Part shown: one piece after another, positions 26,591-38,230 of the stretch | How the letters are laid out: every line of letters starts with the position of its first letter | Position numbering within the stretch: position 1 is the first letter of the stretch | Source: Vicugna vicugna | Taxonomy: Eukaryota | Length of the DNA stretch: 64,000 nucleotides | Direction: 5' to 3' | Assembly: GCA_013265495.1 (NCBI GenBank) | Contig: MU058824.1 | Location: 2,817,111-2,881,110 of the forward strand | Program-made: the position numbers and the translations under genes | The notes under the pieces: model-generated | Told to the model about the DNA's origin: nothing | The model's input: only the letters and a program-made list of their open reading frames with translations | Databases searched by the model: none

Positions 26591-28029
26591 AGATTCCCTG
26601 ACCAGGGCCAGGTCCCCCTGAGAGAGCCAAGTTTCACTCATCCTTTGATCCAGTGACTGTTCACTCAACATCTCATTTCAGACCCTTGTGTTTCCAGATA
26701 TTGGAAATGTCTCAGTTTAAAGGCACACAGATGCCATTTTTAATCCATTTCACGAGTCAGTCACCATATATTAATAAGCTATCTCTTATTGCTCAACCAA
26801 CCATTCGAGATTCTGAAAATGTTGTAATATATATTTTGCTTGTAGGAAAGCAATTTAAAGATTCACACTTTAAGGCCTCAAAAGATACTGTTTGTGTCTT
26901 TTGCACCCTGTAGATTGCTCTTTGCCTTGTAAGCAGGAATCATGCCAGCCCTTTCCCCTGCAAAGACTGATGGTTCTTATTTCTTCTACCTGATCTTATC
27001 ACTGATGTTAACAGTTCCTGGCTTACTGTGTGACTTTGAATCTGTCACTTGACCTCTCTGGACTTCAGCATCCCCTTCTGTAAGGATTTTTTCAGCTTGA
27101 AATTCTTAGCTTCTCTCAGTTTCTTGGCACTAAGCAGCTTCCAGTGTTAAATGAAGAGTTTCAGCCTCCAGACCCATTGGCCGGGCCCTTACAAAATACC
27201 CCTCAAATTCGGGGCTATGGATTTCCATATGCAGACTTCGAGGCATTTCAGAGAAGAAGCAGCATCCTTTGGGGCGGTACTAAGATAAAATCGGCATCCT
27301 AAATGGGCAAATCATTCTGATCTAAATCTTTATGGGCTCCCAGTGCCTCATTAAACACCCAAGGCCCGGAGGCTCTGAATCACAGCTCCTCTTCCCTCGA
27401 AGCTCTTTAGGAGGACTTCTGATTACCCCATAAATTACATGGTGTCAGAGGCTATCTGCAGGCCCTTCATCTTGCAATCCAGCAGCCAACATTTTTATGG
27501 GATGTGGATCCTGCCAGTCTCCCACTCTCCTCCATCCCCATGGTTACCAGGGAGGGCCCAGCAGAACATCTTCCTTGGAGCACTGGCTCAATTTCCACTG
27601 ATGTTTCTCCCCTTCCAGGAACATATTAAATTCTCCTGAATGGAGTGTTCTTTTTATCAGAAGCCTTTGTTCTCAGCTCTCCTGTCAAAATGAAGTCTAG
27701 ATGGTCTGTGGATTCTGCTGCCTCAATGAAATTAAATGAGCCAAATTTCAGACACTCTTACTTCTCTCAGGAGCTCAAATGGGCTTGCCAGTGGCCAGAA
27801 CCACTAAGAAGACCCCAGTCTCAGGGGCAGATCTCAAAGAGAAGCTATGGTGACAAGCCAGTCAAGCACCATAATGATAAGAGCCATGAAAACATCAAGT
27901 GTAAAGAAGGTCAAAATCCTCTCAGTTCACACCCTGGGCTCAAAATCTTGCACTCCAAGGGACTTGCCTTTGATTCCCATGCCTAGAATGCTTCCATCTC
28001 ACCCCTCTGGCCACTTATGTCCATTGCTT

Positions 28030-28801
28030 GCTGTGTTATATGGGTTTTTCCAGATGTTGACCATGAGACAAGGATTCAGGTGTAAATATATATTTGGGAG
28101 GTGACCCCAAGAAGCACCTGCTGGAGTCAGGGAAGGGAAGGCAGCCAGTAAGGGTGTGTGATCCAGCTTCAATCCACTAGGGAACTCTGGGGGTCAGATT
28201 TCTCCATCCCCTCCTCAGTCATTGGCTGGAAGCTGCTGGGGAGGACATTTAGTTCTCTGGCACTTCTAGTCTGCCATGTGCTCCAGCCAGCAGGATAAGC
28301 CTTTGGGCAAAAAGATGCAAATGCTGACACTGGAAACCAGGTGTTCATTGCAATGGGAAGGGGAAAAGGATCATCTACTACAGCTACCTAGACACTTGGC
28401 AAGCAGCTCACCTCTCCTAGGAAGCTGTTCTGATCACCACGTCCTGGGCAGAATTAGGCCAGTTTGATTCCCTTTTGCAACCTTGCCTCCCTGTGAGGGA
28501 GCAAGGAACGTGTGGACACTGGATCCCTGGGAAGAACGTGAGTGCCCTCACAGATAGTGGCTATGAGAACAGGACCCACCTGCTGATATTACCGGGTCTG
28601 ATGGTCTTCCCCTACTCTGATGGCCCTCCATCCCCAAGGCTGAGGTGATACATTTGCTCTCTCAAGAAGATTTGGGGAGCACAGAGGTGCATGCTTGATG
28701 ACACACCTCTGTTGGCTGTCTTCCCTTATCTTCTCATTCTCCTACTACTTGCACTCAAACACTTGCCTCAGGTCTACCTCTGGGGAACCCCGACTAAGAC
28801 A
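28030..28801. mobile_element. Two ERVL LTR16-like relics in opposite orientation
   Basis: tgagacaaggattcaggtg...tttgggaggtgaccccaagaagcac (-) and ctcaggtctacctctggggaaccccgactaagaca (+ terminus). Confidence 0.6.
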
Positions 28802-28990
28802 GAGGCAAGGAGCAGAAATGGTCAGAGAGGTGAGATAGGAGCATTCTTCAGGAGAAGTCTGTATAGCAAGACTGAATAGTATAAAAACTTCAATCCTTCC
28901 CAAATGAAATTTCCTGCTTAATATAATCCAGTCAAAAACACAGTAGAACAACACTTAGAACTTAGTTTTAAAAAGGAATTTTTAAGTTAG

Positions 28991-29422
28991 TGTATCAGTT
29001 ACCTATTGCTGCTGTAACAAGTTATCACAAATTTAATGGCTTAAAATAACACAAATAACACACAGGGTCAGAAGTCTGAGGTGAAGTTTAAGGAACTAAA
29101 ATCAAGATGTTGGCAGGGCGTGCTCTTTCTGAAGGCTCCAGGAGATAATCTGCTTCTTGCGTCTTCTAGCTTCTAGAGGCTACCTGCATTTCTTCGCTTG
29201 TGGCCCCATCATCTTCTCTCTCTGCTACTCCTACCTGCCTCTTATATGAACCCTTGTGATTACATGGGGCCTATCTGGACAATTCAGGATAATCTTCCCA
29301 TCTCAGGATCTTTAACTTAATCACATCTGCAAAATCCCTTTTTCTCTGTAAGGTAACATTCACAGGTTCCAAGGATTAAGACACAGATATCTTGGTTGGG
29401 GGGCATTATTCAGCTTACTGCA
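28991..29422 (-). mobile_element. Solo MaLR LTR (MLT1B/C-like)
   Basis: TG...CA termini, perfect 5-bp TSD GTTAG at 28986-28990 and 29423-29427. Confidence 0.92.
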
Positions 29423-29718
29423 GTTAGATTAGACAAATAAATGAATTGGAATTGCTAAGAAACTTCTGAAGAAATAAAGAGCAATGAAAGTAAACTTGAT
29501 TACTTGATAAATAAACTCTAAAACTCTAATAGGTAAAACAGTGTACCACTAGGAGAAAAATCAAAAGTAACACACTAGAACAGAACTAGATCCAATTGTG
29601 TGCTAAAGGTTGGTTTAAGATAAAGGTAGTAAAGAAGTGATTATTCAATAGATAGTTCAGTTGGTTAATTATATAAGAACAGATAGTTTCCTTACAACTT
29701 ATAAATTAATAATATAAG

Positions 29719-30490
29719 TAAAGCTTTTGCACAGCAAAGGAAACCATAAGCAAAACAAAATGACAACCTATGGAATGGGAGAAAATATTTGCAAATGATG
29801 CGACTGACAAAGGTTTAATTTCCAGAATATATAAACAGCTCATACAACTTAATGACAAAAAAACAAAAAAACCCAATACAAAAATGGGCAGAAAACCTAA
29901 ACAAGCAATTCTCCAATGAAGACATACAAACGGCCAACAGGCACGTGAAAAAATGTTTAATATCATTAATTATCAGAGAAATGCAAATCAAAACTACAAT
30001 GAGATATCTCCTCACACCAGTCAGAATGGCCATCATTGAAAAGTCCACAAATGATAAATGATGGAGAGGTTGTGAAGAAAAGGGAACCCGCCTACACTGT
30101 TGGTGGGAATGTAGTTTGGTGCAGCCATTACAGAAAACAGTATAGAGATTCCTCAAAAAACTAAAAATAGACTTAGCATATGATCCAGCAATCCCACTCC
30201 TGGGAATATATCCAGAGGGAACTCTAATTCAAAAAGATACAAGGACTCCAATGTTCAAAGCAGCACTATATACAAAAGTCAAGACATGGAAACAATCTAA
30301 ATGTCCATTGACAGATGACTGGATAAAGAAGTTGTGGTATATTTATACAATGGAATACCACTCAGCCATAAAAAAAGAGAATAAAGTAATGCCATTTGCA
30401 GCAACATGGATGGACCTGGAGACTGTTATTCTAAGTGAAGCCAGAAAGAGAAAGAAAAATACTATATATCACTCATATGTGGACTCCAAA

Positions 30491-30533
<43 letters not shown>

Positions 30534-30859
30534 GAAAGAAAGAGGACACTAGTGAACTCATCTACAAAACAGAAACAGACTCACAGACATAGTAAACAAT
30601 CTTATGGTTACCGTGGGAAGAAGGTGGGAAGGGATAAATTTGGGAGTTTGAAATTTGCAAAGGTTAATCACTATATATAAAAATAGATAAAAACCAAATT
30701 TCTTCTGTATAGCACAGGGAACTATATTCAATATCTTGTAATAACCTTTAACGAAAAAGAATATGAAAACGAATATATGTCTGTATATGCATGACTGGGA
30801 CATTATGCTGCACACCAGAAATCAATACATTGTAACAGACTATATGCTTCAATTTAAAA
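29719..30859 (+). mobile_element. 5'-truncated camelid-type L1 (ORF2 C-terminus plus 3'UTR)
   Basis: ORF 29852-30061 [20 protein letters not shown]...[21 protein letters not shown] is the L1 ORF2 C-terminal region; candidate TSD AATAATATA at 29708 and 30860. Confidence 0.93.
30488..30543 (+). repeat. (TAAA)n then (GAAA)n microsatellite inside the L1 3'UTR
   Basis: Seen directly. Confidence 0.95.
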
Positions 30860-31039
30860 AATAATATAGGCAGATTAAAGAGTTTAATGTTTAGGGGTTT
30901 AATTGATACAGTAGTAAAAAGAAAACTATTTACTAGCTTTTGGTATTATTGTAAAAGCAATAAAATTTATTTAAAAATTAATGAATTTGACTACATTTAA
31001 TTTTAAATCTCTAAGTCAAATTTACTGTTATATGAATGG

Positions 31040-34000
31040 TTAATAAGTTCATGAAAAATTGTTCAATATCCTAAGTCATTAGGGGAATGAAAATTGTTAT
31101 TACTATGAGACACTACTAACCCATTAAAATGACTAAAATTTTAAAGACTTACAACACCAAATTCGGCAAGGATGTGGAAAAACTGGAACCTCATGTACAG
31201 CTGGTAGGAATGTAAAATGGTACAATCACTTTGGAAAATAGTTTGGCAGTTTCTAAAAAAGTTAAATATACACTTACTATATAATCCAGCAATTCCATTC
31301 TTAGACATTCATCCAAGAAAAATAAAAACATACGTCTAGAAAGACTGGTACAAGAATGTTCCCTGAGGCATTATTCGTAAGAGCTAAATACTAGAAACAA
31401 TTCAAGTATCAATGGACAGGAGAATGAACTAACAAACTGTGCTATATTCATACAAAGGAATATCACTAAGCAATAAAAAGGAACAAAGTGTATCAACAGT
31501 AACAAGATGGCTAAATTTCAAACTCATTATGCTGATTAAAAGAAGCCAGACACAGAAAAAGTACACACTTCATGATTCCATTTGCATGAAATGCTAGAAC
31601 AAGCAAGGCTGATTCACGGTGATAGAAATCAAAGCAGTGGCTGCCTCTGGCAGGGCAGGCAGGGGCTGAGGATTAACTGGGAAGGGACATAGGGAAACTT
31701 TCTAGGGTAATAGAAATATTCTATATTTTGATAGAAATGTGGTTTTCATGGGTATATGCATTTGTCAAAATTCATCAAATGTGACACGCTCTGTGCATCT
31801 TAATAACAAAAAGTGAAAAAATAAAATTAGAAGGTAAATGACAAATCAGAAATAATATTTGTTAAAAATATGACAAAGTCTCATAACATTAATATATAAA
31901 GATTATTTGGAAATCAATAAAAATTAACATCCCTAAAGGAAAAAAATAGTGAACATAAATAGACAATTCCCTCCAAAAGAGGGACTACACACATACACAC
32001 AAACACACACACACAGGGAGATACGAAAAGTAGTAATAAAATGGTATGGATACATATATATACCTAAATATGAAAAATGACAAAAGAAATCTCTCCATAT
32101 ATAAAAAGTAGTGATAAAAAATAAGAAAATAACTCTATATATTAAATTAACCAACACAGATTGTTTAATAATGGTGGAACTAAATGGCTGTCTGGATAAA
32201 GCAGCGAGGGGAGAGTAGTCAATAACTGATAACAGTAACAATGATCCTCCCTCACCCCAACCTTTTTCTACTTTGCAGCACTGGTCCTGGGAGAAGGCCT
32301 TAACCAGCAGATGTGATGACACCCAGGCTGGAATTCTGAAACACAGCCATGGCTATCCTAGTCACCCAGAGTTCCATTCGGAATTTCAGAGATGAAGAAC
32401 ACTGAGCCCAGTACATTCTCTATGCTCACCATGAACTTTTATCCTGACTCACAAATTCCTTCCCTGACTCTCATCTCTGCAACCCACCATCATTACCTAG
32501 AGTCCTAGTCATTCAGTTCTGCCATCCACAGCAGTATGTCTCTTCAACCACTGCCACTCCCACGTTTTCATGTAGGACATTGACTCGATATTCTGTTCTC
32601 AGTCAATAATGTCTCAGAAGGTCACAGAGTCTGAGGAAATAAGGGTTTCCCTAATAATACATCATCTTATTTTCTTTGTATAAGAATGTGCTATCCATCA
32701 AATGAGCAGGGAAGAGGAACAGGCAGTTCAGAGAGGTGAAAATGCAGTTAATTAACAAACATATATTAAAACATTCAACCTCATTGGTAATAAAAGATAC
32801 AAATGAAATTAAGGCCCTATTTTTTTACCTATAAAATTAGCAAAAGTTAATTTTTATTAACAATACCCAGTGCTGACAAGACTATAATGAAAACTGGGGG
32901 CACTATATATTGTACTATCCTTTGAGAAAGCAATTTGACAATATGAATCAAGTCATAAAAATGTCCACAGTATTGACCCAACAATTCATCTTCTGAAATG
33001 GTACAGTAAAGAAAAAGTCGAAAAGAAAAAGAGAAAAAAGCTTTATGTACAAAGATGTTCAGTCATTTGGAAACAACATAAACAACCCACAAGAATATAG
33101 TTAAGTAAATTAGGACACATATATAAAATGCAATATTCTGTAGGCTTTAAAGAAGTGACAATAAAATTGGAAAAAGCAATTCACTGAAAAATGATCGGCT
33201 ACCCTTGTGATTAAATAAATGCAATTAAAGCAATAGAGATACATCATTTTTCACCCTTCAGATTGGTAAAGATTAAAAATTTTGTTAATGTCCTCTTGAG
33301 AAAATGTGGGCAAACTCATTTACTGCTTGTGGGAGTGTAAATATTGTGTGTGTGTGTAAACTGTCCAAACACACAGAAAATTATGGGCAGGAATATAAAA
33401 ATATCTGCATTATCTCTTACAGATTCCATTTTTGAAATATTAACATTGATAGATAGCATTTCTTTGAAGAGTAATTTGTCATTATCTACCGTACTTTAAA
33501 AAGTATATACTCTTATATATGCCAATAATTCCATTTAATAATATATATTCTCCTTGACTATATATATTAATATATATTGCAATAATTCCACTTATAGGAA
33601 TTTGATGTACAAAAATAGTTCTGCCTGTGTACAAAGATACACATAGTAAAATGTACAATGAAGTATTATTTCTAACAGCAGCAGATTGGAGACAACAGTA
33701 AGTCCACACAATGAAGAACTGGCTGAACAGACCCTGCTCCACTCCACAGTGGAACTCCATCTTGCTTTTGGAACAGAATGAGGGATCTCAATATATATTA
33801 ATAAGAAAGCAGCTACAAGATACAGCATTGAGTTAAAAAAAAAGATGCAGAACAGAATGCACTGTAGGATTCCACTTGTCCATTTAAAAATATATGCACA
33901 TATACACTTACACTTTTTGGAAGCATTCCCAAGAAAATTTTAAAAAATGGTTACCTTGAGGAAGGCAGCCTTAAGGAAATGGAGAAGACTTTTTTACTTT

Positions 34001-34090
34001 ATATCTATTCCTTTCTAAATTGTTTGCATTTTGTTTTGTCATATACATGTGTTATTTTTGTAATTTAAAAACTAATTTAAAAAGCTAAGT
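31040..34090 (+). mobile_element. Cluster of old L1M (MD/ME-like) 3' fragments
   Basis: Repeated motifs ggatgtggaaaaactggaac, gtaaaatggtacaatcactttggaaaa, gcaattccattcttag in several fragments. Confidence 0.75.
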
Positions 34091-34339
34091 ATGAATACTG
34101 TAAGGCAAATGAGAAATGCATATGACACAATATTAAGTCATCAAAAGAAAACAAAACAGGATGGATTGTGCACTCTGCGTGTAGTGTGGCCATGTGCAGA
34201 GGGTCTTTTGGAGATGAAGGTAGTCCTGCTGCCTCTGCCCTTAATTCCAGCCCTGCCCCTCTCCTTCAGAGTTCCCTCCCTGTCCTCAAACTTTAACTCC
34301 TCCCCTAAGCAGTAACACATGATCATGTATCTCCTCATT

Positions 34340-35040
34340 AAGACAAAAACAAAGACTCATCAACCTCTCTGGTTCCCTTGCTCTCTTGCTCTTTCAAAGC
34401 CCCTCCAAGCTGGCTTCTGTTCCGCCCCTCCCTGGCTTCTTCCGAGATTATCAGTGACTTAATTGCTAAACCATGGACACGTTTCCACTGCTGATTCACT
34501 GGAGATCTCTGCAGTGAATCACATCATCATTTCCTTCTTGAAATGTCTCCTCCTGGAGCTTGGATTTCCCTAGACCCTTCCTGCCTCTCCTGGCTTCTGG
34601 ATAGCTCTTTCTGGCCAATCTGCTGCCTGTACTCTCATGCTGAACTCGGGCAGGTTGAGCCTTAGTCCTCTTCTCTCATCTCTTCAAAGTCTCCCAAGGC
34701 AATTTCATCCACTCCTCTGGCTTCAAACTCACCACCCATGCAATGAAGCTGCTGAGGGACCAACTTACATGAGGCAATAAATTTACCTTTTTGGCTTCAT
34801 CCAGTTAAAGTTGGGATCATGTCTCTTACAACTAGAAAACCCCAGCTAATACACTCCCAAATCTATACCCTAAACTTCAAATTCACAAACACAACAGCCT
34901 GCTGGATATCTTTACTTGGGAGCCACCGTGCACCTCAGACTCCACACAACCAAAACCAAACACATCTTCCCCTCCCCTAGCAGACCTCCTCCTCCATCTG
35001 TGTCTCTTTTCTCAGCCTCTCCAGCCGCTAGACACCCAGG
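34340..35040 (+). mobile_element. L2 relic with a nested MLT1 3' fragment (~34760-34852)
   Basis: ctgctggatatctttacttggg...cacctcagactccac...caaaaccaaac (L2); cttacaactagaaaacccagctaataca (MLT1 end). Confidence 0.65.
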
Positions 35041-36971
35041 TGAAAACTGAGCCAACAGGAATCTTAAAATGACAGCTCTTTCTACCCTGTTTGAGATTTT
35101 CCAATTCAATTGTTAAAGCATCAAATATTCAGTTGTACAAGCTCCTGGAAACTAGGTTAAAATGGCATCCTTAGAAAAAATGAGGATCAGCTGAGCAGGA
35201 GCTGTGCATCAATGCCTCAAGCAACTGCTTTCCAAAAGGTTAGACTTGCTCCCACTTTGCTGGCCCAGAAATCATTGCTAAAGAGTCCATACAGATTGTA
35301 TTTCACTTTTCCCAAACCTAGTACTTTTAGCTAACGGCTGTCCCAACACTGCCATTAGAAATGACTTGCCAATCACTGCACACCGCCCATCCCATCACCC
35401 CGCCCTTCAGGAATCTTCTGTGAATCTCCATCATCACAAGGCTCCAGCCATCCTAGATCCATGCTGTTCCCTGGACAGAATGCGCAGGCTCATGTCCCTG
35501 GGGCTCCTCTGATGCTTGTCCTTTGTCCTTCTATCTCCACCTGTTCTCTGCATCCATTCACCTAAGGTGTGGCTCAAACTCTGTCTCATCCAGGGTGTCT
35601 TCGTGACACTTTCATGCCCAAGCAGGAAAAAATGTCCTCCTATCCCAAAACCTAAAGGATTGTTTGTATCTTTGACACCTCTGAGAACATATTGTCTTTG
35701 GCTTGTGTGTTCAAACAGTTCATCTCCCCAGGGAGGTTGTCAAGTCTACTTGAAGCCTCGCCTGAGGCCAGATGAATGTCTTCCTCCTCCTGCTCCCATT
35801 ACATGGGGGGGGGGTGCATCTTCCTCACATTGCCTATCACAGTGACTGTCACCGCCTCTTCCCAAATCTGGCTTTCCTCTCAAGAGTGCAGGGGCCAGGC
35901 AGACTCATCTCTGTCTTCATGACAAGACCAGATGCAAAGAAGGACCCTTGATGCCTTTGCCTGATGCCCTCTGGTACTGTCCCTCTAACCAGATGCCCAG
36001 GTATCTTTGAGAGCTTGATTCAATTGAACTCAGCAAGAAAGAAGCAGTTGTTGATTTATCTAGGGCAAGAGAGGCGAGAGGACAGAATGGGACTCCTCTG
36101 GGGGCAACAGCAACAACAGCTAAATGCACAGGGCTGGTCACCCCTTCAAGTGCTGACAGCCCCTGCCCTGGGATCCCTATGGCAAGCTTGCATGAGAACA
36201 TCACTCTGAAAGCTGCCAGGCTTCTCCCTTAGAAACACTTCAGGAGCTGGAAGAAAAATCAGAGAAGACAAGGAGGAGCAGCCTAAGAGGAGAAAAATCA
36301 AAAGAGCCAAGCATCAAGGAACTAAGAAGAGTTTTGAGAAAAGAGGAAGTGGTCTGTAGGGCCAAATATGGCATCTGCATCCATATCTGAGGAGAGGTCT
36401 GGAGAAGGAGCCGGAAGACACTGGCTCCCCTGGCCTAAAGGAAGTGCAATTTGGCTGGCTCGGATGGGGAGGGCAGTGTAGGTCTGGAGCTGCTTCAGAA
36501 CTCCTCATCCTTCAGAACTGTTCATGTCACTATTAGGAAGAGAAGCCCTTGAATGCCATTTTCTCCTACCTGCAAAGCCCTCTCTACCCTCACTGCCCAA
36601 ATTGATACCATCTCTCCCCAAAGCTGTCCCCTAGATGTCCCCAGATGGGAGGGATTGCCCCATCCTCTGAGCCTAACGCTCTGACTCTTGACAAAAGGGG
36701 TTCATCTTGCTGCACATCACAGTTATGTGTGGTCTATCCTGCCCTCCAAGCTATGAAGGAGACCAAGATGGAAGGCAGGTGGGGAGGAGGAAGGGCAGTG
36801 ACTCCTGCAGACCTACCGTGTGCCGAGTCCAGTCCTGGAAGCTCTCCCCACCTCTGATCTGAAAGCTCATGAGGGCTGAGGAGCCCAAGTGCATATGTAT
36901 ACCCCTGGGCTCTGAGGGTGAGGTTCAAAGCAGCCAACAGAGTTTCTTTTCCTTTTAAAAATTTATGCCCC

Positions 36972-38230
36972 AAACCACAATGAGATACTACCTCACACCC
37001 ATTTGAATGGCTACTATGAAAAAAAAAAAAACAGAAAATAACAAGTATTGGTAGGGATATGGAGAAACTGGGACTTGTGTACTGTTGTGGGAATGTAAAA
37101 TGGTACAGCCGCTATGGAAAACCAGCATGGCAGTTCCTCAAAAAATTAAAAATAGAACTACTATACAGACCAGCAACTCTACTTCTGGATGTATACCCAA
37201 AAGAATTGAAAACAGGGTCTCAAATATTTGTACACTCATGTTCATAGCAGCATATTTACAATAGCCAACCCAAGTATCCATAGATGGATAAATGAATAAG
37301 CAAAATGTGGTATCCACATACAATGGGTATATACATAGGCCTTAAAGGAAAGGAAACCCTGTCACATGCTACAACATGGATACACCTTGCAGACATGGTA
37401 CTAAATGAAATAAGCCAACACAGAAAAGCAATACTGTATGATTCCACTTACATGGAGTACCTAGAGTGATCAGACTCACAGAGACAGAAAGTAGAATGGT
37501 GGTTCCAGGGGCAGGGGAAGGGGGGGATGGGAAGTTATTTTTTAATGGGTACAGAGTTTCAGTTTTGCAAGATGAAAAGAGTTTTGGAGATTGGTTGCAC
37601 AGCAATGTGAATATGCTTAACAGTCTTGAACTGTACACCTAAAAATGGCTAAGATGGTAACAGAAGACTGGATAAAGAAGTTGTGGTATATTTATACAAT
37701 GGGATACTATTCAGTGATAAAAAAAGAATAAAATAGTGCCATTTGCAGCAACATGGATGGACCTGGAGATCGTCATTCTAAGTGAAGTAAGCCAGAAAGA
37801 GGAAGAAAAATACCATATGTTATCACTTACATGTGGACTCTTAAAAAAAAAAAAGAATAAAGAAAAAAGAGGATACTAATGAACTCAACAAAACAGAAAC
37901 AGACTCGCAGACATAGTAAACAATCTTATGGTTACCAGGTGAAAGGGGGTGGGAAGGGATAAATATGAGAGTGAGATTTGCAAATGTTAACCACTATATA
38001 TAAAAACAGATAAAAACAAATTTCTTCTGTATAGCACAGGGAACCATATGCAATATCTTGTAATAACCTTTAATGAAAAAGAATATGAAAATGAATATAT
38101 GTATATATATGCATGACTAGATATTATGCTGTACACCAGAAATTGACACATTGTACCTGACTATACCTCAACTTAAAATGGCTAAGATGGTCAATTTTAT
38201 GTTATGTGTATTTTACCAAAATTGAAGTAT
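36972..38230 (+). mobile_element. L1MB-like 3' end (host of a younger nested L1)
   Basis: aaaccacaatgagatactacctcacaccca...gggtacagagtttcagttttgcaagatgaaaag...ttttatgttatgtgtattttacca. Confidence 0.88.
37659..38174 (+). mobile_element. Camelid-type L1 3' end nested in L1MB
   Basis: Perfect 17-bp TSD AAAATGGCTAAGATGGT at 37642-37658 and 38175-38191; closely similar to 30310-30855. Confidence 0.93.
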
